This document shows positions 53,900 to 64,000 of a DNA stretch of 64,000 nucleotides, one piece after another. Numbering within the stretch: position 1 is the stretch's first letter; each line of letters starts with the position of its first letter. The DNA is from Proteromonas lacertae (lineage: Eukaryota), in NCBI GenBank assembly GCA_002245135.1, contig NGBS01001172.1, positions 62,001 through 126,000 of the forward strand, written 5' to 3'. Made by a program: the position numbers and the translations under genes. The notes under the pieces were generated by a model that was not told the origin of the DNA, made no database searches, and saw only the letters and a list, made by a program, of their open reading frames with translations.

Positions 53900-55251
53900 A
53901 TGAAAACTATCATTTTAATTCTTGCCTTAACCTGCTCAGTTTTTGCCCTCAACAATGGCTTGGCTTTAACACCACCGATGGTATAATATTCTCGTTATAT
54001 AATTGATAGGGTTGGTTATCCTGGGAATGGTATTTTGAATTAGCACTTATATTGTTAGGTTCAGATGTGAAGTTGATTGTAAAAAACACCCAACTGCATG
54101 CATTGATGAAAATTTATTTGTTTCTATGATTGATACATTAGTTAATGATGGTTGGTTAGAAGCAGGATATAGAGTAAATATTTTGTTTATGTATTTTTCA
54201 ATAGCAAATTAATATTGATGATTGTTGGATGTCTTCAGTCAGAAACGAAACTGGCTTTTTAACTGCTAATGCAACTCGTTTCCCAAATGGTATTCAATGG
54301 TTATCAAGATATGCACACAACAAATCAGTCGAATTAGGTATCTATGAAGATTTTGGAACATACACCTGCCAAGGTTATCCAGGTTCAATGGGATACATTG
54401 AACAAGATGCAGCTGTGTTTGCTGAATGGGAAACTGATAGTTTAAAACTTGATGGTTGTTACGCTCCAGTATAATTAATTTAATTCTATAATTTAGTTGG
54501 AAGCTATGCGTGATGGTTATACCAACATGTCAATTGCCTTAAATAAGACAGGAAGACCAATCTTATATGCTTGTTCATGGCCAGCTTATGAAGCATCAGC
54601 TCCATTCCCATATTTAGAACAAATCTGTAACTTATGGAGACCATACGATGATATTGAACATACATGGGAAAGTGTAAGTGATATTATCAGACAATGGGGA
54701 GATATGCAAACAAGGTATAGATATTTATAAATATAATTAATAATTTCTATAGATATGCTCCAGCTAATGGTCCAGGTCATTGGGTTGATCCAGATATGTT
54801 AGTCATTGGTTCAACAGGTGATGGATTAGGTCCAAACGAATACAAGTCACAAATGGCATTATGGGCAATGTTCGCAGCTCCATTATATATGAGTCACGAT
54901 TTAAGAAATACCAGTGAAGATGCTAGAAAGATATTAATGAATAAAGATATCATTGAAGTTGATCAAGATCCCTTAGGTGTTGCTGCTAGAATGTACTTTA
55001 GAAATGATGAACATGAAGTATGGGCAAGACCATTATTCAATGGTGATTGGGCTGTTGCATTATTCAATAAACAAGGAAAGACAATGAAAATTGAGTTTGA
55101 TCCTCATGATGTAGGTATTAATGTTAAAACTTCAATTACATTGAAAGATTTAGAAAAACATGAAGTTGTTGGTGAATTAAAACCAAAACAAACATGGAAG
55201 GTTGATGTAGAATCTCATGAAACAAAGATTTACAGAATCTCTTTCAATTAA
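53900..55251 (+). CDS. GH27 alpha-galactosidase / alpha-N-acetylgalactosaminidase, secreted or lysosomal
   Basis: Signal peptide, LNNGLALTPPMGWLSWE, NIDDCW, LKLDGC, CNLWRPYDDI, DPDMLVIG. Confidence 0.95.
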
Positions 55252-55366
55252 ATGTGATTTGAAGTTAAATTACTGATAAAATAAATGAAAATTGTTTTGT
55301 ATTGGGGATTATTCATTAAAAAAACAAATATAATGAGAGAGAGAATAGTATGAATTAATGTTATAA

Positions 55367-57317
55367 TTAATTATATTCTCTAGCAGTTTCACAACCATTA
55401 CCAGTATATCCATCAAAACAAGTACATAAACCAGTATTATAATCACATATACCACGACCACTACAATCAATGTGATAACTATCAAGTCCATTCTTAGATG
55501 ATGGACATTCTTTCAATGAACAATCTGGACCTCTAAATCCTTTATCACATTTACATGCCATTAATCTTGCTTCACCAAAACTATTACTAGTTCCAAATCC
55601 TTCATACTCTTTATCTTTATCATTATATAATTCAGTAGTTGAAACACATCTTCCTTTATCATTACAATTATTTGGACAACTTATTCTTTGACATGCATCA
55701 CCATCAAAACCTGGTAAACATTGACATTGTCCTGTAGTTCTATCACATTCACCTACACCACTGCATTCAACTGGAACATGTGAACCATCACCTACGAATT
55801 GGAATAAATATGAATAATGATTATGACTACTTTCACTGTTGAAATGATATGGTCTATTGAAGAATAATTGAACTTTTCCTTTTCCTGCTTCTACTATTTT
55901 ATAATCTCTAATTGTCAATTGAACTAAATGTGCATAACAACCATGATCTTCAACCCAAATTGTACTATCTCCTCCTCCAGATGGTGTAGCAGTAACACCA
56001 ACACCTGATTTATCTTCAACTTCTCTAGTGGTGATTAATCTAATAACATTGACATGAGCACCATAACTGATATATTGGAAGAATTCACCAAATGATTTTA
56101 ATGATTCATCAGGTTTCATATTTTTATAACAATTCAAACCAGGACAACTTTTACTAAAATCAATTATTACTGTGTCATTTAATTCATTATATACTTCAGT
56201 TGGATCAAATGTATTAGCATCTGTTATTACTGTTCCTAAGTTATCTTCAGATGCAAGTCCAGATGGTACAAAATATCCCAATGCAGATTCATAATTATTT
56301 TTACCTAAGTAATATTTACCTTCTACTTTACCCATTAAATGATATATTTCACTTGCTTCTAATGTTACATTTCTTCTTATATTGTATTTGTGACTATAAC
56401 CACCTTCTAATAAGAAACACTTATCATTTACACCATTATTATTCAACGATTCTGTTTCAATTTTTATACATTGGTTTGTATTAGTAACACATTTAACTCC
56501 ATATAATTTCCCTGTATATTGTATTACTTCAGATGACTCTGATTTAATACATCCAATCTTAACATCCAGTTTTTTATCATCTGGTAATGGTGTTGTTGTG
56601 GGTGTTGGTATTGGTATTTCATTTGAATTAAATAGATAATTAGTTAAAATCATACTCAAATCATGTCTTAATGTTACTTCACCTTTACTATTACCATTTG
56701 CCTTTGATAGTTGGAAGTTAACGAATAATGATAGATCTTTCCTAATATAATCAATATAACAATAAAGTTGATCCTTTTCTTCAGTTTCTTCAGAATCAAT
56801 ATCTAAAATACCATACAAATAATTCTTAGAATAATTGAGGATAGTATAAGCTTTTCTGAATAATCTCTTTGAGGATTTTGCATAACATGACATTGAACCA
56901 CCTAAACTGTAATCTTCCAATGCTGGATCAATTGCACTAACTTCCAATACTTCAATGTAACTCACATTTGGTAAATTAACACCACATTTATAACTATCAC
57001 CTGTTTCACCACAATTTCCAACTTTTTTCATTGTAAACTCTGGACCAGCGTTTTTATACCATTCATCAATGTCTGGTTTTGATGAGAATCCAAATGCTTT
57101 TGGACATGTTCCTAAAAATTAGCTTTAAAAATATACTTAGTGAACAATCTGGACCAGTATAAGTGAATTCATTAAAATAAGCACCATTCAAAGCCAATCC
57201 TGTCTGTTTGTAACAACTACAAGATCCATCACTGTTACACTTACCGTGACCACTACAATTGTTTGGGCATGCACACCAGCAAGCAATAAAATATAGGAAC
57301 AATATTCTAAGCTGCAT
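55367..57317 (-). CDS. Tubular mastigoneme/Sig1-like secreted EGF-repeat protein, 1 intron
   Basis: Signal peptide; CPNNCSGHGKC..GPDCSLRTCP; ECSGVGECDRTTGQCQC..CQRISCPNNC..CKCDKGFRGPDCSLKECP..CSGRGICDYNTGLCTCFDGYTGNGC; no TM anchor. Confidence 0.75.
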
Positions 57318-57595
57318 TTAACCTCTTAAAAATAGAATTAAGAAAATAAAAGAATTCTATTGGTTAAAATCAAACGAAACGATTAAAAGTTTATTTTCTT
57401 CTTAGACTCTCACCAATCCACCGTTAATTAATAAAAATGTCATAATATTATTCAGTCATCAATGTTACACCATTTTATCAAGAAAAATTAAAGATATATG
57501 ATGATTATGTGTTAAATTCATTAAAATCTCGAATAATATCTTTAAAAAATATAAATAACATTAACTTTACAATGTAATTATTTCCCCCTATTTCT

Positions 57596-59089
57596 TCACT
57601 CCAAATCTGGCTGTCTCAATATCCCACCTTCTTGTGAAGATGATGAAGGTGGTTGTGGAACAACAGGCTGTGTAGCTGTATTACTCACTCCGCTATTATA
57701 ATTAGACATTCTACTAGCAACGTTCGATCTAGTTTCATCCACATCAGGACAAACTCCATTTATTCTAGCAAATAATAATCTCAATACTCTTTCTCTATCT
57801 TCCCAAGTCAAATCTCTCAAATCAATTTTATCTGATGGTTTTATAGGTATTCTAGATTCTTGATAAGCTTCTTCTCTAATTTGATTGGCTGTTTTTATCA
57901 TTGGGAATTTGGCTGTGTTATTTCTCATTGCTTCTTTTACTGATTTATTATAGTCATTTAACATTTCTTGATATCTATTTTGTCTTTCATGTAAAATTTC
58001 ACTTTTCACTTGATCTAATGCATCAATAAAGTATTGTTCTACTTCTGTACGTTGATCTAATATAGTTTGTGATAGTTGTCTTAATCCTTTTAATTCTTTA
58101 TTTTTTAGTTGAACTAAATGATGTAAACCATCAATTTCTATTCTTAGATCATCTTCAGATTTACGTTGTTTTAATTCAGCAACATTTTTTTCTCTCTATT
58201 CATAAAAATAGAATTATATTTAAATATAAAAAGAAAAAAAGAATAATATATATACTTGAAATTCATTATATTGCTCCTTCATCTTTGATTCAGTCTGGTG
58301 CAATCTCTCAGTTAAGTCTTTAATCTGCTGATTCTTCTTCAAACTTTCTTGAGCATATAAAGTCTCCTTCTCTTTACATATTGATAATTCACGAACTAAC
58401 TGTTTATTATTAGTATCTAATTCTAAATTAATTCTCTGTAATTCACCTGTTTGACCCATTTGAAACTTCAATTCTTCAGCCATTCGACGATTATCTGCTA
58501 CTATCTTTCTTGTATCAGCATCTAAGTTCTTTTGAGCTTCTACTCTTGCTTCACGTGATAAATCAACTAATTTCTTTTCTGTTTCTTTTTGGAGACGACT
58601 TAAATCTAATAAATGTTTTCTTTCTTCCTCTCTTAGATCTTTTTCGAATTGTATCTTTTGTTTTGCACAGGTTTCTCGTAGATTGGCTAATTCTGTTTCT
58701 ATTGATACTTTCATTTTTCTAAATTCTACTAAAGTTTCTAATTCATCTTGGGCTGCTGTTAATTGACGTTTTAGTTCATTTTGAATTTGTTCTGCATCTG
58801 CTTTAAGTTCTGCAATCTGCGCCTCATAAGATTCTTTTTGAGATTTTAAATTATTCATATTCTCAACCTGCAATTTTAAAATTTTATCATTAAGTGTATC
58901 GATTATGTTATCTTTCTTTTCCAATTCCAACTGAAAATAACCAACAAATTCATGAGTATCCTTTTGACCGTTCTCTTGTTCTCTCTTCAATCGAAAGTTC
59001 TCTTCTTTTAAATCTTCCACTCTATTCTGTAGAGTCAATAACTTATTGTCTTGTGTTTGATTACTAAATTTTTGAGCTATTTGATCCAT
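57596..59089 (-). CDS. BBOF1: Basal body orientation factor 1 (CCDC176), 1 intron
   Basis: Long coiled coil, ILDQRTEVEQYFIDALDQVKSEI and IDLRDLTWEDRERVLRLLFARING. Confidence 0.85.
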
Positions 59090-59270
59090 AATTTCAATTT
59101 TTGAATTTTGAAAAACCGAAAATATCAAGCCAAGTTTTTTCAATTTTTTCTTTTTTTCTCATTATTATGAGGTTATAATTATAAAATAAACATATAAATC
59201 AATAGTCAATAAGCAATTAATAGTATAATAATAATAATAATATAATGTAGAATGATATTCAAATTTAACT

Positions 59271-61616
59271 TCAATTTGAAGTTATTCTTTCAAGATTATT
59301 GTTGATTTTGTCAATTAAATCCATCTTATTATCACTCTTTTTATAACTTCCTCCAACAGATGCTAACATTCTCCTCAATTGACATAAAGGAATATCATCA
59401 TAAAAATAATCATCTCTTAAGATTTTCTTGAAATGATTTCTATTAATTACAATAGAATATTACATCATATTATATATATACGGAATTGTTTTAATACAAT
59501 AACAAATTATTTCTTTTCGACTTTTAACAAGAGGATATTCCAACTTCCAATCACTTAAATATCTCCAAATACTATAATTACAAGCATCATTACTAAAACT
59601 ATATAACCATAATTCTAAATCACTCCATCTCTCTATATTCTTTAATAAATTCACATCTTTATCATTTATCTTGATATTTTCACATTCTCTATTTTCATTA
59701 TCTGGATCAAATAATCTATAACTCAACCATCCCCAAAAATCATTCCAACTAACATTTCCATCTTTTGATGATATAATATCAACAATATAATCTAAATTAT
59801 TTGGACATTCTAATTTAGATAGTCTATATATATCACTTATCATTTTCTTGCATTCTCTTTATTGATATTTTATCATCATCATCACTATCATAATTATCAA
59901 ATATCATTCTTGCAGCTTCCTTGATTGTTTCTAGTTTCTTTATATCTTCTTCAATTATCTTTCTATCATCTCCTTCCAAATAATCAGTTATCTTATTCAA
60001 CATAAAAAATGCACCTAAGCCTACTAAAACTCCACCACAAGCACATCCAACTGCACTTGCTAAACCTGCTAATAATGATCCAACCAAATAACCACAATAA
60101 CCACTAATACCTGCATTAACTACAGTAATTGAATTGTGTTTAATATTACTCCAGAATTCCTTTCTATACAATTTCTCTTCAGATTTACTTCGAAATCTTT
60201 TTCCTGATTTACTTTTTACATAATCACGACCTATACTAAAAACATAATTAATTAATGACATTGAAGCAGATACTTTTATATAACTCTTTATATTTTTTAA
60301 AACACTTAAATCTATTCCCATTTTAATTATATCATAGACTATTTTTGTTATATCCAACGGTTTTGATCTTAATAATTGACTTCTACAATTATTTGTAAAT
60401 ATATCTTTTTGTTTTGCTGTTAGTTTGTCAAGTCCTTTATAATCTATTCTATTATCATTCATCATTTCTTCATATGATAATGTAGGTATATTTCCTTCTT
60501 TCATTTCTTTGTTATAATTCATAAACAAATAATCATACATTCCTCTTGGCATTACTTTATACCCATTATCAATTAAACAATACCTAGGAACTCTACTGTT
60601 AGTAATTAGATTAATAATATTATTACTTGGTTCTTTATTGTCATTTTTAAGTTCTATCATACTTCTATTATAACTCTTTAGTTTTTCCTCATCAGTCAGT
60701 GTGTCAAATGCTTCTACTTTATAGGATTCTAATCTGTTATAAGTCATTCTTGCACAACAATAATAGACAGTTTCATATGGAGTATAAATTGGTAATTTTA
60801 ATCTTGTATATAAATCCATGTCTGGTGAAGATTTCTATTTTAAATAATAAATTATTAAAATTACATACACAATCGAAATATTGTTGAATAAACTTATCAT
60901 AATATCTAAAAAAATGATTTTTCCAATACTGAATTTTTATATCACATCTATATATTATTCTTTCTTCACTTTTCTGTCTTTCTAATGATAAATAATTATC
61001 TTCATGGCGAATAAAATAATAAACACCCAAAGGCAAGTATGTTCCAACAACACTTGGAACTACAAGATATGGGAGATAAGGAACAATATCATAATCATCA
61101 ATGAAATGGATGAAATGTTTATACATTAATTTATCTTTCGCATAATTCAATATCTCTTCTGAAAAAGCAAATGGACTTCCAAATGTTATACAACTATATA
61201 TTAAACAATCATAAAATATACTATATATTATCACTATTAAGATGATTCTTTAATAAATTGAATGTACAGATAGTAGCAGCAGCTCCTCCTAATGAATGAC
61301 CGCCAATTATCAATAATTTACCTTTTCTCACTGCGTCATTGTAGATTTCTTCGATATTTTTAACTTCATTTGCTCTCTGAGTAAATCCTTTATATGTATA
61401 ACCGTTTTTTACCAATATAGAATAGTCAGGAAGACAATTCAGATCTGTGAGGTAGTCTTCAATATATTCAGACGATCTGAATGTAACATATACAGCATCG
61501 TCTGTTTCAAATCTATAATAGTAATTTTCTTTGTGCGATGAGCAAAATCTGCAACATTCTAACTGTTTTAATATATTTGCAATTTTGAAGTTATAATCTA
61601 AAAAATATTGGTCCAT
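59271..61616 (-). CDS. Class-3 lipase domain protein with TM segments, EF-hand(s) and C-terminal HeH/SAP-like helix pair; 5' end uncertain
   Basis: VYVTFRS, GGHSLGGAAA, ITFGSP, DIVPYLP, NH; Gly-rich TM region; DSDDDDKISIK(E) EF loop once a +1 insertion at ~59857 is removed. Confidence 0.7.
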
Positions 61617-62084
61617 CTGAAAATATTTCTGGATTTATTGCTTGTGTGAATAGATATTGCGTTATAAAAACTGAAATGATTTTTCACACACTGAATGACA
61701 CTCTTTCTACAACCATACGAAAAGATCTGTATAAAATTTTTCAATGAAATACTTTGTATAACATTTTACTCATTATTTCACATATAAAAATTTCATATGC
61801 GGTAAGTATATCGAAGAGATATATTCCTTTTTTATTCAATCATCCCAAATAATAACATTTTTTAGTTTAATAAGCGTATATATACGTTATCTTCCCTTTT
61901 TTAATACAAAATACAAAAAGTGACAATTAGTAAACCATAAACATATATATTTCATATTTGTGTTAAATATCAATAAAAGATTATTGTTAAAAAAAAACCA
62001 CAGACGATAAACATTTGTATAATGAGAAAATCGAATAAAATGATAAATAACTCCTTAAACCGAATAATTTTAAACCGACTTTTT

Positions 62085-62773
62085 ATGAATATTAATTTTA
62101 AGATAAAAGAAAAGGCTGAACAAGTATAAATTAACTTATTTCATTATTAAATAGAAAAAAAGAATCAATTTTGCATTTGAAGATAGTAGTGATGAAGAGA
62201 TTGATAATTCAAAACAAATTAAAACCAGTATAATCTAGTAAATTACTCATCATAGAAGATACTGAAGAACTAGTACCAAATTTATCTACAGATGAATTAA
62301 AGAATAAAGGAGATGATTTTGCTGAAGCTGGTAATTATATGAGTGCTTTAAAATATTGGAGACGTGCTGTTGAAATGTCTCCCAACTTATATAAAATTCA
62401 TGAATCAATGGCACAAGTGCTTTTAGAATTAGGTGAAACATTTGAAGCAATAAAGGAAGCAACCAAAGCCACGGAGATAGAACCTACTTGGGGTGATGGA
62501 TTTATAACACTAGCAAGATGTCAAAGGAATTTTGGAGAGATAGAATTGAGTTTAGAATCATTTGAAAAGGTATTCTTTTGCCAATTATCGTATAGGGACT
62601 GAGTCTTATGGAAAATGCAAATGAATATGAAAATGAAATACAAGAAATAAGAGATTTAATAAGAGTATTGTTTATTTTTATAGTTAATGAATTTATAGAT
62701 TAGAGACATGTATGCAGAAGAAGATGAAAGTATAAAACATAGGAGATGTGTTGTTAAAGATGAAATATTTTGA
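62085..62773 (+). CDS. TPR protein, TTC33-like, multi-exon
   Basis: LKNKGDDFAEAGNYMSALKYWRRAVEMSP..AQVLLELGE..ITLARCQRNFGE. Confidence 0.8.
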
Positions 62774-63050
62774 TTTTTATGTAGATTTATTAATTTAACT
62801 GTAGATTTATAATTTTACTTTATATTTTGCTTGTATTAATGTATTATATATGTTACAATACTATATATTATTTACAATAAAAATATCAAAAAATCATTCT
62901 TTATTCACATGTTTAATCCTAATTTCATTCTCAGTATAGACTTATTAGCTCTGTAGCTATAATATAATATAATTAATATGTAATTTTAATTTCAGCTTGG
63001 TTGAAAAATGTAGTTTTAAGTTCATCCAATTATTTTTTTCAATTTTATTG

Positions 63051-64000
63051 ATGAATAAGAGCAATCCGCTTTGTGAGGTTTATGGTATAAATCAATTCGA
63101 TGTATTTAATTAGTTGGGAATTTACCACATGAAAACCCTGAGAATGGTTTGATTGAGTTATTGAGTCAAGCAGGTAAAGTTATAAAATTTAAGTATGATC
63201 TATTGGAATATTTAATGTTAGTATGAAGAAAAATCCAGATGGAACACCATCAGGCTTTGGTTTTTGTGAATATGATAGTCCAGAAACAGCCCAAAATGCT
63301 GTAAAGATATTGCAAGGTGTTAAATACAATCAAAGAACATTAAAAATAGGTTATTCAGACAAAACAAAGTCTTCTCGAGGAGATAGTACAATTCCTTTAG
63401 AGAGTAAATCTCTTAAAGATCTTTTAAAAGAATTAGTCGATTCAATACCCAATAGAGAATTAACAAACATAATTCGTAAGTGGGAAGACATTAGAGATCA
63501 TAATGCACTGTATTATGACTATATGAAAGATTTTCCTCAATTAAAAAGAGCCTTACAACAGTTTGAACAAAGTTTCAGAAATATAAGTTCAGGACCACAG
63601 AAAAGGAAAAGAGAAGATAGAAATTCTTCATCATCTCAACAACAAGATAGATATTATCCAGACTCATCATCATATTCACAACCTTCTAAACGATATAATA
63701 ATAATAATAATAATGGTCCAGAATATTCATATCCACCACCACCGCAACAACAACAACCATATCCATATAATAATGACCCTTGTATATGTTATATATATAT
63801 ATTAATTATTATTAGATGCATCAGTTGTACCTCCACCCTATTACTATGATAGATCTGACTCTATAAATGTTGATCAATCGTCAATTCCTCCTCCTTCATA
63901 TAATGATCCTTATTCTGTTCCACCAATGCAACCACCACCTTCATCTATAACAGCAACATCAACTCAACCACCTCCTCCAATGCCTAGTAATTATGATCCA
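63051..64000 (+). CDS. CstF-64/RNA15-like RRM protein (runs off window end)
   Basis: VYVGNLP (RNP2), SGFGFCEYDSPETAQNAV (RNP1), hinge-like segment ending FPQLKRAL, Pro/Gln-rich tail. Confidence 0.75.

Noticed and set aside
6268..60887. Many short ORF-track entries antisense to real genes (e.g. 6268-6567, 7069-7419, 18650-19009, 38628-38903, 52678-52938)
   Set aside because: Shadow ORFs of AT-rich coding strands with no recognisable motifs.
1..64000. Prokaryotic operon, defence system, CRISPR array, rRNA or tRNA genes
   Set aside because: Spliceosomal introns and eukaryote-specific genes throughout; no such sequences recognised.

Overview
Very AT-rich, gene-dense eukaryotic nuclear DNA, not prokaryotic. 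About 29 protein-coding loci are split by many tiny (~25-45 nt) GT-AG introns, and intergenic gaps are as short as ~40-80 nt. A TGTT(T)GTT-type element follows most stop codons. These features and a tubular-mastigoneme-type EGF protein point to a Blastocystis/Proteromonas-like gut stramenopile (inference; species not determinable here). Recognisable genes: AP-2 sigma, RPS28, V-ATPase e, a 9-finger TFIIIA-like protein, TRF4-type poly(A) polymerase, two UBR-like E3 ligases, TMEM260, TRPC4AP, HOOK, HGSNAT, a BTB/Ig/SPRY protein, formin, CAF16-like ABC ATPase, METTL21-like methyltransferase, an aspartate kinase-DAP decarboxylase fusion, RPL35A, MBOAT, GH27 glycosidase, TTC33 and CstF-64-like. Highlights: cilium/basal-body genes (JHY-like, BBOF1) plus a mastigoneme gene; a catalytically dead domesticated hAT transposase and a decayed hAT copy; a recurrent TCAAGCC/GGCTTGA promoter motif; and unusual domain architectures. 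Repeated single-base insertions are most likely assembly errors. All exon boundaries and family calls were made by eye, without database searches.
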